A stretch of DNA of 64,000 bases. Source: Candidatus Taylorbacteria bacterium RIFCSPHIGHO2_02_FULL_46_13 (lineage in GTDB: Bacteria; Patescibacteriota; Minisyncoccia; Phycocordibacterales; DSPV01). Location of the stretch: the NCBI GenBank assembly GCA_001821015.1, contig MHRQ01000020.1:44977-108976 (forward strand), given 5' to 3'. Of this stretch, positions 1 to 10,173 are shown in pieces. How positions within the stretch are numbered: position 1 is the first letter of the stretch; each line of letters starts with the position of its first letter. The notes under the pieces are model-generated. The model was not told the DNA's origin and did no database searches. It saw only the letters and a program-made list of their open reading frames with translations. A program made the translations under genes and the position numbers.

Positions 1-35
1 ATTGAAGGGAAAAGACAATCGACTAATCCTGCTAC

Positions 36-1658
36 ATGAGTAAAACAGTATCAATAAAGACTTGTGTCGGTATCGGTGACATCCTTCATATCAAAGCTCA
101 ATTGGATGCGGTTAAGCATCAATATGAAAAAATCAGTATCGGCCCCGATGACAGTGACATAACCCTTTACCGAAACAATGATGACCGGTATAGGAAGTTT
201 GTCCGAGGACTGTTTGATCTCTTGTTCACCGAGAAGCCGTACGTGATAGATCCACACGTTTCAGGCGACAGAAAAAATCCGTACGCACTATGGGCGGACG
301 GGTTTGAGCCCGTGATCCCGAGGTTGGCGCATCTGTTATGTGACGGAGTTTCCGTATCTGCCGAACCGTATGTGGTTGTGCACACAAAGCTTCGCGGTTT
401 TAGAAGGTCTCATTACAATGATTTTAGGGCTGATTTCTTGAGGTTGATTGCCACTCTTGCTTGTAAATATCGCGTCGTTTTGCTTGGGGAAAGGACGATT
501 GGTTCAAACGCAGAATACAGAATTCATGGCCCCGAGCTGATATTTTCAATCTATGAGGATTTGCTAACCTGTCTGCCAGAGGATAAAATCATTGACCGTA
601 CCGTTCCCGAATTGGGTTTTACGTCGCCGGAGTTACCAAGATTTCTGGAGGAGTGTTTGATACAAAACAAAGCCACGCATGTTATTACGCTCGGAAGCGG
701 GGGAAATGTTTCAATAGCGATGTCGGTCGGCAACAGTATCGGCTACTACGGACAGTCACAGATGGAAGCATTTTTTGATAGAATGTTAGAGAACGATAGC
801 GATAAAAATGTTTTCTTGACCACAGATTTGAATCGGTATTTTGAGAAACTCGCTTCGCTTTCGTCGGTACCGTATGTACGCCGTCAGGCACCCCCCTCTC
901 TGCCCCTTACACCTAACAAAGAAATGAAAAATATCAAACACATCATTGAAGAGAAAAGACAGTCACATAACCCCGTATGGAAAATACTCGTTCAAGCGAA
1001 GGATTTCGCGTGGCGACTGAAACGCGCGCTACGGAACAACCGGCTTACTCACGTTGGAAAAAGGATTATAACGGATCATTTTAAGGAGTGGGAACCGAAA
1101 GACGAAGAGGTTTATTTGGATGTTGGGGCAAGAACTGGAGATGTGATCGGAATTTTCAAGCAAAAATTTCCGGGAGTCAAAGTTAAAATAGTGGCCGTTG
1201 AAGCTAACCCTAATGCCGTTGCGGCAATGAAGCGAGGTTACCCTGACGTCTTTGTCATCCAGAAGGGCGCTTGGAATAAGCAGGGGAAAGCTTCTCTTTC
1301 ACTGCCGAAGAATCTAGATTTTCTTGGAGAGGTTTCAGAAAACAGAAATCCGGATACGAGTTTGCCTAGATTTGATATAGAAGTAGATACGCTTGACCAC
1401 ATGCTCTCCGGTTTGGGGATTTCAGCTGTAGACTTTGTAAAGATTGACACAGAAGGGGCAGAACCGCAGGTTTTAGAGGGATTTACCAAATATAAAAAAG
1501 GGACAAAGTTCCACATTGAGTTTCATCGGAATGAAAATCGGGTTCTTGATATTTTGAAATCCAAAGGAATAAAAATCAATAGCACGGTGCGTTGGCCGGC
1601 AGATGTCAATCAAAAAGTCACCGCGGGCCAAGGTGAGATTTTTGCACAGAAAGAATAG
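36..1658 (+). CDS. Fusion of a glycosyltransferase-like N-terminal domain and a C-terminal FkbM-family methyltransferase
   Basis: N-terminal GIGD motif; C-terminal YLDVGARTG, VAVEANP and DFVKIDTEGAE motifs typical of FkbM. Confidence 0.7.
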   Translation: MSKTVSIKTCVGIGDILHIKAQLDAVKHQYEKISIGPDDSDITLYRNNDDRYRKFVRGLFDLLFTEKPYVIDPHVSGDRKNPYALWADGFEPVIPRLAHLLCDGVSVSAEPYVVVHTKLRGFRRSHYNDFRADFLRLIATLACKYRVVLLGERTIGSNAEYRIHGPELIFSIYEDLLTCLPEDKIIDRTVPELGFTSPELPRFLEECLIQNKATHVITLGSGGNVSIAMSVGNSIGYYGQSQMEAFFDRMLENDSDKNVFLTTDLNRYFEKLASLSSVPYVRRQAPPSLPLTPNKEMKNIKHIIEEKRQSHNPVWKILVQAKDFAWRLKRALRNNRLTHVGKRIITDHFKEWEPKDEEVYLDVGARTGDVIGIFKQKFPGVKVKIVAVEANPNAVAAMKRGYPDVFVIQKGAWNKQGKASLSLPKNLDFLGEVSENRNPDTSLPRFDIEVDTLDHMLSGLGISAVDFVKIDTEGAEPQVLEGFTKYKKGTKFHIEFHRNENRVLDILKSKGIKINSTVRWPADVNQKVTAGQGEIFAQKE

Positions 1659-1796
1659 GCGTAAGACGGACGAAGAAACGCTTTCAGATTCTACGCGATG
1701 TAAGAAAGCGTTCCCTTTACTTTCAAAATAGAAGTCAATGAGCGATCGTTTTGTCCTCCTATGGTCATATGATAGGATGGTTTGTAATACCTTATT

Positions 1797-3560
1797 TTGT
1801 ATATGTATCAGAGCAAACGTCATAATATTTTAGGACTGCATTTTGGTCACGGGGCGGGGGCGGCCATCATGTGCGATGGCAAAGTGGTTGCGGATGTTGC
1901 TGAAGAGCGGTGGAATCATGTTAAACATTCCAGTGATTTGCCTCTGGCCTCCATTCGGTTTTGTCTCAAGACTGCGGGTATCTCCATTCGTGAAATTGAC
2001 GAAATTGCAGTTGCGGGGTTGGCGGTGGGGGATCAGATAGAATCTATATTTGGACAAAAAGTAGCACTACCACAGAAGCAAGCCGAGAATTTTAAAGAAA
2101 CAATTTATTTTGCGGGGAAAAAGATAGTACGGGGGTTTTTGTTCGGGAATCGCCCGCAAACAACGCTTCGGACACCCCTCTACTGTAGAGAATTTTTTCT
2201 TGATGTATTGCCTACAGTTACTTTCGTTGAACATCATCTTGCTCACGCCGCCGCTGCGTATCTCACCACAAATGATGACCGGAAGATGATTATTGCTACG
2301 GTAGATGGGGCGGGGGACTCTAAATCATCATGTATGTGGAAAGGAGAGAATGGGAAGATTGTTCCGTTAGTGAAATATGATTATACAAGCTCTATAGGCT
2401 GGTTTTACAGTAATGTGACGGAAGCTATTGGGTGGTGGCACGGAGATGGAGAAGGGAAAACTATGGGTCTGGCTCCCTATGGCGATTATAAAAAATGCAA
2501 AGGAGCGCTTGACGGATTCTATCCGCAATTCAAAAATGGAGAATTAGTGAAGCCCAGAAATTTTCCGCAGACGACAGAGTTTAAGCTTTCAGGATCAATC
2601 CACTGGCATTCTGCTGATGCAGAGGCAATTGCAAAAATGGTAAAACAATACGGAACAGAAGATATTTCTGCGGAAGCTCAGAGAATTCTGGAGGAGCAAG
2701 TGATGGAATTTGTGATGCCGTGGCTGGTTAAAGAAAATACAAAAATTTTGGCTACCTCGGGCGGCGTTTTTCTGAATGTAAAGTTGAATCAAAGAATCTG
2801 GGAGTCAGGAAAAGTGCAGTCTCATTATCCGTACCCCAACCCCGGCGACTCGGGGTTGCCTTTAGGTGCCGCGCTCTATGTTGCAAATGAAAATGGGAGT
2901 TTAGAGAAGCCTGTAGCGAACCATTTGTATTGGGGTCCAGAATATTCCAACGAAGAGATTGAAAAGATTATTAAAGGAAGGGGTTTGGCGTATCGTAAGT
3001 CTAACGATGTGTCAGCCGAAGCGGCAAAATTTTTATCAGAAGATAAAATCGTCGGCTGGTTTCAAGGGAGGATGGAGTCGGGTCCACGAGCACTGGGCAA
3101 TCGCTCTATCTTAATGAGCCCAAAAAAGGCCGAGAACAAAGATATCATAAATGCTCGAGTAAAGTTTCGTGAAGCCTTTCGGCCGTTTTGCCCGTCTTTA
3201 ATTGATGAAGCCAAAGAGAAATATTTGGTGAAAGCGCGAAAAGAGAGATTTATGGTGACTTCGTTTGATTGTAAGCCAGAACGAAGGGGCGAACTTCCTG
3301 CGGTGGTGCATGTTGATGGCACCTTGCGTCCGCAGACTGTTACCAAGGAAGATAATCCTCTATATTGGAAACTTATATCAGAATTCGGAAAATTGACTGG
3401 TACGCCAGTTGTTTTAAATACATCCATGAATAGTATGGGTGAACCTATCGCGTGTTCTCCGCGCGAAGCGATACGTTGCTTCTTTGATTCGGGAATAGAC
3501 GCCTTAATTCTTGGAGATTTTATTCTTGAAAAATCCGTCTCTCGGTCATCAAAAACGTAA
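1797..3560 (+). CDS. Carbamoyltransferase, NodU/CmcH family
   Basis: VAEERW, EHHLAHAA, DGAGD, EGKTMGLAPYG, GRMESGPRALGNRS, FREAFRPF and LNTSMN motifs; true start probably ATG 1803. Confidence 0.93.
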   Translation: MYMYQSKRHNILGLHFGHGAGAAIMCDGKVVADVAEERWNHVKHSSDLPLASIRFCLKTAGISIREIDEIAVAGLAVGDQIESIFGQKVALPQKQAENFKETIYFAGKKIVRGFLFGNRPQTTLRTPLYCREFFLDVLPTVTFVEHHLAHAAAAYLTTNDDRKMIIATVDGAGDSKSSCMWKGENGKIVPLVKYDYTSSIGWFYSNVTEAIGWWHGDGEGKTMGLAPYGDYKKCKGALDGFYPQFKNGELVKPRNFPQTTEFKLSGSIHWHSADAEAIAKMVKQYGTEDISAEAQRILEEQVMEFVMPWLVKENTKILATSGGVFLNVKLNQRIWESGKVQSHYPYPNPGDSGLPLGAALYVANENGSLEKPVANHLYWGPEYSNEEIEKIIKGRGLAYRKSNDVSAEAAKFLSEDKIVGWFQGRMESGPRALGNRSILMSPKKAENKDIINARVKFREAFRPFCPSLIDEAKEKYLVKARKERFMVTSFDCKPERRGELPAVVHVDGTLRPQTVTKEDNPLYWKLISEFGKLTGTPVVLNTSMNSMGEPIACSPREAIRCFFDSGIDALILGDFILEKSVSRSSKT

Positions 3561-3629
3561 GACGGGCTCTCGCTCTTAATTGGAGAGGGAGGTGTAGGGT
3601 TTTAAGTTCAGCGTAGTTGTTTTTCCGTT

Positions 3630-4481
3630 TCAGGATGAGCCTCTTTTTTGCAGACGAGTTCTCCAGCCCAAGGTCCTGTAAAGTTTGCGTGTAATTCTTT
3701 TAAAAAGAGGATGACCTAAAAATAAGTCCTCGGTTTTATCGAGCAGTACCGAGATAGAGGTGTTCTTTTTCGCTTGAGTATCGGTTAAAGTCAGAATATT
3801 CCAATTTTTCTTGAGAATCGGCAGCTTCCAGGTTTCATTCTCGCGTGCATACCTGTGCACATACAATTTTTGCTTCGGGTTTTCATAGCTGAGGCAGTCA
3901 ACAAGGAACATAAAAGAAGAGTCAATCACATGTATTTCTTTCGCCCGTTCTATGATCGTGCAGTAGTCAAAGATATTTTTGGTGAGTGCCGGATCCGGAG
4001 AGAAGGTGCGATATTTCTTGTCAATAAATTTTCTCTCAATGCGGTAGTTCCTCGGCGCATCCTCGTGGAGAAATAGGTACTCACTGTTAGGCGCAACTTG
4101 ATTAAAGAAGGCCGTTTCTTTTTGAAGGTCTCTCTCAACAAAAAAGCTGTCCCACTTTTTTGTGAAAGCTACTCCAGCGATATCATAAAACTGTTTTTCA
4201 AACGGGGTTCCTGATTGTCTGTCCAGGTATTGGAATCCTATGATTTTTACTTCATCATAGCGGCTGCCGTTGAGAGCAATAAATTCTTTTACCAGCGCCT
4301 CATCTTTGGCAATAATTTCAAGATTCTTCAGATCGTGATACATGAACGATATAGAAGGATAGTTTTGGGGGGTTGAAAAGAGCGAGACTTTTTCGTATTT
4401 TTTACAATACTCTCGAATGATTCCGTGGCAAATGATATGGTCGCCCAAGCCAGATTGGTGTCGTAGCAAGATATGAGACAT
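3630..4481 (-). CDS. Hypothetical glycosyltransferase-like protein
   Basis: HQSGLGDHIICHG N-terminus and AKEIHVIDSSF motif; start moved to ATG 4481. Confidence 0.55.
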   Translation of the reverse strand: MSHILLRHQSGLGDHIICHGIIREYCKKYEKVSLFSTPQNYPSISFMYHDLKNLEIIAKDEALVKEFIALNGSRYDEVKIIGFQYLDRQSGTPFEKQFYDIAGVAFTKKWDSFFVERDLQKETAFFNQVAPNSEYLFLHEDAPRNYRIERKFIDKKYRTFSPDPALTKNIFDYCTIIERAKEIHVIDSSFMFLVDCLSYENPKQKLYVHRYARENETWKLPILKKNWNILTLTDTQAKKNTSISVLLDKTEDLFLGHPLFKRITRKLYRTLGWRTRLQKRGSS

Positions 4482-4605
4482 GGTTGTTTCTTTTACCGGG
4501 TGAATGTAACGAAGCGTTGGATTAAGGTCCCCATCTAATTTGATGGAGTATAGCATTTTCTAAAATTTCATGGTAGATTGGCGAAAAACCTGCTAAAATA
4601 ATCAC

Positions 4606-5640
4606 ATGAAGGCGGCACTATTAGAGAAAATAAACGGTCCATTGACCGTTGGAGATGTTCAGTTGACTGATTTATTATTCGGTCAGGTTTTGGTCAAGGT
4701 TTTGGTGAGTGGCATTTGCGGAGCGCAATTACAGGAGATTGCGGGCAATAAAGGTAATGCAAAATTTGTTCCGCACCTCTTAGGTCATGAAGGCTGTGGC
4801 ATCGTAGAAGCTACGGGTGTCGGAGTAACGAACGTAAAGAAAGGCGACAAAGTCATCATGCATTGGCGAAAAGGGGACGGCATTGAGTCTGATTTTCCGA
4901 GCTATGTATTTAATGGAAAAGTCATCAAGAGCGGAAAAATCACGACTTTTAATGAATATTCTATTGTTTCCGAAAATAGGATTACTCCGGTTCCAGAGGA
5001 CACCCCGAATGAGTTCTGCGCTTTGCTTGGATGTGGGCTCTCCACAGCCCTTGGCACTATAAACGATGAAGCAAATGTAAAGTTTGGTGAGAGTGTCATG
5101 ATAATAGGGGCTGGTGGCCTCGGGCTCAACCTCGTGCGGGCGGCGACACTTGCAAGTGCGCACCCCATCATCTCCGTTGATATCTACGACCATAAAAAAG
5201 AAATGGCCGAGTCGCTTGGCGCGCATCTCTACATCAACGCCGCAACACACAATATTCAGAACGAACTACAGAAAAAATTCGGTATGAGAGAGGTTGATGT
5301 AATCGTTGAAACTTCAGGAAGCAAGCAGGCGTTAGAAAATTCACTGCCTCTCTTAAGCGGTAGTGGGAGATACATCATGATCGGGCAACCTCGTCCCGGT
5401 GAAAGTGTTGAGCTTTTAAACGCCAATCATTTATTTGGCGGAGAGGGAAAAATGATTAAAGCGACACAAGGCGGCAGGTTTTCACCGAGTAGGGATATTC
5501 CGAGATATGTGAAGCTATACAAGGCGGGGATATTGAACATAGACAATATTATTACGCATCGGGTGAAGTTGGATAAGATCAATGATGCCATTGAGTTAGT
5601 TAGAAAAGGACAAGCAAGCCGCATACTCATAGAGATGTAG
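4606..5640 (+). CDS. Zinc-binding (MDR) alcohol dehydrogenase
   Basis: SGICG, GHEGCG, GCGLSTALG and GAGGLG motifs. Confidence 0.9.
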   Translation: MKAALLEKINGPLTVGDVQLTDLLFGQVLVKVLVSGICGAQLQEIAGNKGNAKFVPHLLGHEGCGIVEATGVGVTNVKKGDKVIMHWRKGDGIESDFPSYVFNGKVIKSGKITTFNEYSIVSENRITPVPEDTPNEFCALLGCGLSTALGTINDEANVKFGESVMIIGAGGLGLNLVRAATLASAHPIISVDIYDHKKEMAESLGAHLYINAATHNIQNELQKKFGMREVDVIVETSGSKQALENSLPLLSGSGRYIMIGQPRPGESVELLNANHLFGGEGKMIKATQGGRFSPSRDIPRYVKLYKAGILNIDNIITHRVKLDKINDAIELVRKGQASRILIEM

Positions 5641-5644
5641 TTGT

Positions 5645-6604
5645 ATGAGTACTCCACTACTTGAAGCGTATAAAAAGATGTTTCTTATTCGGTTCACCGA
5701 GCAGGCGCTTGTAGAGTTGTATTTGAAACACAAAATAATGAGCTTTGTGCATTTTTATGTTGGTCAGGAGGCGGTCGCGGTTGGTGTGTGCAACAACTTG
5801 CGGAAGGAAGATAGGGTGCTCGGTAACCATCGCTCTCACGGCCATTACCTTGCTAAAGGAGGAGATTTACGTGCCATGATTTCTGAATTACTTGGAAAGG
5901 AAGGCGGGTCAAGCAAAGGGAAGGGTGGTTCTATGCATATGATAGATACGTCCGTGAATTTTATCGGTTCAACTCCAATTCTGGGAAGTGTGGTTCCCCT
6001 TGCGTCGGGTGCCGCATTTGAGCAGAAATATAATAAAAGGAAAGATATCACCGCAGTCTTTTTTGGAGACGGTGCGTTTGAAGAGGGTGTTGTGTACGAA
6101 ACGCTTAATCTTTCTGCGCTGTTCGCGCTTCCTTTGCTCTTTGTGGTAGAGAATAATTTATACTCGGTTAATTCTACATTGAAAGAGAGGAGGTCTGCGA
6201 ATCATAATGTTGAAAAAATTGTTACGGGGTTTGGAGTAACGTATCTCAAAGCTGACGGCAATGATTACGAGGATGTGTTTGAGAAAGCGCGGATGCTTAC
6301 AAAAGGGATTCGTGCGGGCGCAGGTCCTGCAGTGCTTGAGTGCATGACCTATCGGCATATGGCCCACAGCGCGCCTATCTTTGATGATGCGGCGGGCTAT
6401 CGGCAAGAAGATCCATTGGAGCGGCGGTTGGAGAGAGATCCGATTAAAAAGGTAAGGCGCTCCCTGTTGGAAAGTGGCATACCTGAAAACACGTTGGTAA
6501 CTTTAGAAGAGAAGATTCGTACCAGTGTGGCCGAGAGCATTCAATGTGCAGTAGATGCGCCTTATCCGAAAAAAGAAACTCTCTATACCAATTTATATGC
6601 CTGA
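5645..6604 (+). CDS. ThDP-dependent dehydrogenase E1 alpha-like subunit
   Basis: HFYVGQEA, HRSHGH, GKGGSMH and GDGA...ENN ThDP motif. Confidence 0.92.
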   Translation: MSTPLLEAYKKMFLIRFTEQALVELYLKHKIMSFVHFYVGQEAVAVGVCNNLRKEDRVLGNHRSHGHYLAKGGDLRAMISELLGKEGGSSKGKGGSMHMIDTSVNFIGSTPILGSVVPLASGAAFEQKYNKRKDITAVFFGDGAFEEGVVYETLNLSALFALPLLFVVENNLYSVNSTLKERRSANHNVEKIVTGFGVTYLKADGNDYEDVFEKARMLTKGIRAGAGPAVLECMTYRHMAHSAPIFDDAAGYRQEDPLERRLERDPIKKVRRSLLESGIPENTLVTLEEKIRTSVAESIQCAVDAPYPKKETLYTNLYA

Positions 6605-7637
6605 GAGAATTATTAAATATTCCGAAGCGATACAAGAAGCAACCGACCAGATGATGGGCGCTGACCCAAGAGTTTTTATTATCGGGCTTGGTGTTTCATA
6701 CCCGAAGGGCGCGGACGGGACTACGGCGGGGCTAAAGAGTACATATCCAGAACGAGTATTTGATGTCTCGGTTTCCGAACACGGATTTACCGGCATGGCG
6801 GTTGGCGCCGCGATAAACGGGCTTCACCCCATTGTTCATCATGGCAGAGTTGAGTTCAGTCTTCTTGCGGCAGATCAGATATTCACCCAAGCGGCAAAAT
6901 GGAATTATATGTTCGGAGGAGGCCATCCCGTTCCTATTGTTTTTCGGATAAATGTCGGTAGGCAGTGGGGGAACGGACCACAACACACGCAAGCGTTGTA
7001 TGCGCTCTTCGGCAATGTTCCCGGTCTTAAAGTTGTCATTCCATCGTCACCAAAAATGGCCAAAGGCCTTCTGGTGTCGGCTCTTAAGGATAAAAATCCT
7101 GTGGTTATGCTTGAGCCAAGGTGGCTTTTCAATATAAAACAGAATGTGCCTGTTCAATTATTCTCCGAGCCACTTGATAAAGCGGTTATTATAAAAGAGG
7201 GCGCTGAGGTGACGGTTGTTGCGTATGGAGACGGTCTCTTCTCGGCGAGAGAGTCGCTCGCTCTCGTGGGCGACACGGTTGACATTGAGCTCATTGACAT
7301 CGTGAGCATCAATCCGATTGATTACAAGACGATCTTCCAGTCGGTCAAAAAAACAGGGAGGTTATTATGCGTTGATACTACGAACGGGGCATTTAATGTA
7401 GGGTCCGAGGTTATCGCACAGGTAGCAAGAAATAAATCTATAAAACTTAAAAGTAATCCGGTTGCGCTTTCTTGTCCAAATGTTCCTTGTCCGACCTCAA
7501 CGGCACTCACCGAATTTTTTTATCCCACAAAAGTTGACATTGCTAACGCGCTCCTTAGCACATTCAAGAAACCCTTGATTAATCAAACGCTGAGTTTTGA
7601 GGAGCTTCACTTGGCCCCGACCGATACCATACAATGA
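6597..7637 (+). CDS. ThDP-dependent dehydrogenase E1 beta-like subunit
   Basis: VSEHGFTGMAVGAA, DQIFTQAAKW and GPQHTQ motifs; ATG 6597 overlaps the alpha stop. Confidence 0.9.
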   Translation: MPERIIKYSEAIQEATDQMMGADPRVFIIGLGVSYPKGADGTTAGLKSTYPERVFDVSVSEHGFTGMAVGAAINGLHPIVHHGRVEFSLLAADQIFTQAAKWNYMFGGGHPVPIVFRINVGRQWGNGPQHTQALYALFGNVPGLKVVIPSSPKMAKGLLVSALKDKNPVVMLEPRWLFNIKQNVPVQLFSEPLDKAVIIKEGAEVTVVAYGDGLFSARESLALVGDTVDIELIDIVSINPIDYKTIFQSVKKTGRLLCVDTTNGAFNVGSEVIAQVARNKSIKLKSNPVALSCPNVPCPTSTALTEFFYPTKVDIANALLSTFKKPLINQTLSFEELHLAPTDTIQ

Positions 7638-8377
7638 AAAAAATATTGGTTATCGGTGAGAGCTGTCGGGATATATTCGTATATTGCAAAGCGGAGCGTT
7701 TGGCTCCTGATGTGCCGATTCCAGTGCTGAGTGTTGTTGAACAAAAAGATAATCCCGGTATGGCAAAGAATGTTGAGCGGAACATACGAAGTATTTACAA
7801 AGCATGTAAGATTCTGACAAATCCGGGCTGGCAGAAAGTTACTAAGACGCGGTATATGCATGCGAGTAGCAATCATGCATTTCTGAGAGTTGATACGGAT
7901 CACAGAATAAAGAGAATACATATCAGACAGGCACCGCTTCATACATATGAATTAATTGCCATTTCTGATTATAATAAAGGATACTTAACCGAGGGGGACA
8001 TTAGGTATATTTGCGAAAATCATAGCAATGTCTTTATTGATACCAAAAAAGTTTTAGGTGAGTGGGCTGCAAAGGCGAAATATATCAAAATAAATAACTA
8101 TGAATACGAACGGTCAAAATCACATATATCTGATGCGCTCAAAGATAAGATAATCGTTACAAAAGGGGCTCGGGGGGCTACTTTCCAGGGTAATCTTTAT
8201 CCGGTGCCAAGGAAGGTGGAAGTAAGAGATTCTTCCGGAGCGGGGGACAGTTTCTTTGCAGCCTTGGTAGTGCATTATGCTAAGTCTGGAGATATAGAAA
8301 AGGCAATAACATTTGCGAATACCTGCGCCTCTACTGTTGTTCAGTTGAAGGGAGTCTCAGTTATCGTCGAGCGTTGA
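7634..8377 (+). CDS. PfkB-family sugar kinase (HldE/RfaE kinase-like)
   Basis: RLAPDVPIPV, SDYNKG and DSSGAGDSF motifs. Confidence 0.85.
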   Translation: MKKILVIGESCRDIFVYCKAERLAPDVPIPVLSVVEQKDNPGMAKNVERNIRSIYKACKILTNPGWQKVTKTRYMHASSNHAFLRVDTDHRIKRIHIRQAPLHTYELIAISDYNKGYLTEGDIRYICENHSNVFIDTKKVLGEWAAKAKYIKINNYEYERSKSHISDALKDKIIVTKGARGATFQGNLYPVPRKVEVRDSSGAGDSFFAALVVHYAKSGDIEKAITFANTCASTVVQLKGVSVIVER

Positions 8378-8414
8378 AGATCTGGGGAACAAAGAAGGTA
8401 AGAAGATATACCAA

Positions 8415-9581
8415 ATGTCAGACCCATTAATCAATACATTGTATCTCATATTTCACGGGCGTTTCCCCGGAGAGAAGGCCGCGGCCGTGTTCGCGGCCGA
8501 GAGCGCGCAAGCCTTCGCCGATAACGGTTTTTCGGTAACGGTTGTCGTGCCTCGCCGCCTCGCTCGGTTGAAAGAATCGGTGGAACAGTGTTACGGTATC
8601 AAAGGCAACTTTAGAACCGTGTTTGTTCCCATACTTGATTTATTTGAGATCCCGCTCGTCAAGACAATGGCGTTTAAAATAAGCTATAGTACATTTTCCA
8701 TTTCAACATTCTTCTATATCTTATTCAGTGCAAAAAGACGCCACACCGTCATCTATTCAAATGAATCGCTCCCCCTGCTACTCCTTTCGTTTTTCTTTCC
8801 GAACACGTTTTATGAAGTGCACGATTTTCCTCGCCACTCGCTCTTACATCGCATCCTCCTGTCTTTGGTGAAGGGTGTGATAGTAACTAACCGTTCAAAG
8901 AAAGGAGAGCTTGCACGACAGTTTGGCCTTGCCGATAGAAAACTCTTCTATGAACCCAACGCTGTGGATGTGGAAGGATTTGCTAAGGCGATAGGCGTTA
9001 CGGTTCGCAAGAAGCTTAACCTTTCTCCGGGTACGGTGCTTGTCGGGTACGCCGGAGCACTGAAGACCATGGGGATGGAGAAGGGAATTGGGCTTTTGTT
9101 AGAGGCTGTTGCTTCCTTGCCACCGCGTTTTCGTCTGCTTATTGTCGGAGGGAATACTGATGACGTGTCTGCGTACAAAGCAGTATCTCGCACGCTTCAC
9201 ATAAGCGATCGGGTTGCATTTGTTGGGTGGGTGCGTCATAGCGAGGTGAGTGAATATTTGGCGGCCTGTGACATCCTCGTCGCTCCATTTCCTGACACAC
9301 CCCATTATCGGTTTCTCATGTCTCCGCTAAAAATTTTTGAGTATATGGCCGCGGGGAAGCCGATCGTGGCATCGCGTCTGGAGTCTATCACGGAGTTACT
9401 CAATGATGATTCGGCATATTTGGTAACACCCGGCGATGGTAAATTTCTTGCACAAGGGATTCAGACAGCCGCTTCTTCGCCAGATGCGCGCACAAAGGCA
9501 CTACATGCTAAGGAGTTGGTACAAAATCATTCTTGGAATAAACGAGCGAGGCGAATCATTGACTTTTTTGGTAAATATTGA
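8415..9581 (+). CDS. Glycosyltransferase family 4
   Basis: PNAVD and SPLKIFEYMAAGKPIVAS motifs. Confidence 0.9.
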   Translation: MSDPLINTLYLIFHGRFPGEKAAAVFAAESAQAFADNGFSVTVVVPRRLARLKESVEQCYGIKGNFRTVFVPILDLFEIPLVKTMAFKISYSTFSISTFFYILFSAKRRHTVIYSNESLPLLLLSFFFPNTFYEVHDFPRHSLLHRILLSLVKGVIVTNRSKKGELARQFGLADRKLFYEPNAVDVEGFAKAIGVTVRKKLNLSPGTVLVGYAGALKTMGMEKGIGLLLEAVASLPPRFRLLIVGGNTDDVSAYKAVSRTLHISDRVAFVGWVRHSEVSEYLAACDILVAPFPDTPHYRFLMSPLKIFEYMAAGKPIVASRLESITELLNDDSAYLVTPGDGKFLAQGIQTAASSPDARTKALHAKELVQNHSWNKRARRIIDFFGKY

Positions 9582-9596
9582 TACAGTTTTTCTCGT

Positions 9597-10169
9597 ATGA
9601 ACAAACAATCGGACACGCTTCAAGTAGTTTTAGCACGCAACATCAAAGCAGTGGTGTTTGACGGTGATGGTGTTATATTCACCAGTCAGGTCTTTTTCGA
9701 TGCCGCTGGCGAGGCTCTTAAAGAACGCAGTTTCATTGATGGGCAAGGTATTTCACTTTTGCGTTCGGCAGGTGTACAGGTGGCGTTGATAACGGCAGAA
9801 AAGTCAGCGTTTGCCGAGATCTTTGTGGCCAAGATGAACAGCTTGCCTTCCGTTAAATCCGGTATGTGGCAACCGATGGAGCTGGTGACTGACGTTATCG
9901 GTCAAGGGAAAGTTGATGCAGTAGAGAAGTGGATCAAGTCTCGAAATCTTTCATGGGACGAGTGCGCGTACATGGGTGATGACATTGGCGATTACAAAGT
10001 GATGGAGAAAGTAGCTTTTAGAGCATGCCCGATAGGGGCGGAAGAGGCCATCAAATCCTTTTCGCATTTTGTTGCTACGCGTGCAGGCGGACAAGGGGCT
10101 GTGCGAGATTTATGTAATTTCATTTTGAAAGCGAAGGGGATTGATCAGCTTTCTCTTGATTTGCGCTAG
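9597..10169 (+). CDS. kdsC: KdsC-family HAD phosphatase (KDO-8-P/KDN-9-P phosphatase-like)
   Basis: FDGDGV, YMGDDIGD and GGQGAVRDLC motifs. Confidence 0.8.
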   Translation: MNKQSDTLQVVLARNIKAVVFDGDGVIFTSQVFFDAAGEALKERSFIDGQGISLLRSAGVQVALITAEKSAFAEIFVAKMNSLPSVKSGMWQPMELVTDVIGQGKVDAVEKWIKSRNLSWDECAYMGDDIGDYKVMEKVAFRACPIGAEEAIKSFSHFVATRAGGQGAVRDLCNFILKAKGIDQLSLDLR

Positions 10170-10173
10170 CGAA

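Noticed and set aside
5645-7637. Central-metabolism pyruvate dehydrogenase (pdhA/pdhB)
   Set aside because: No E2/E3 genes nearby and the context is glycan synthesis, so gene symbols were withheld.
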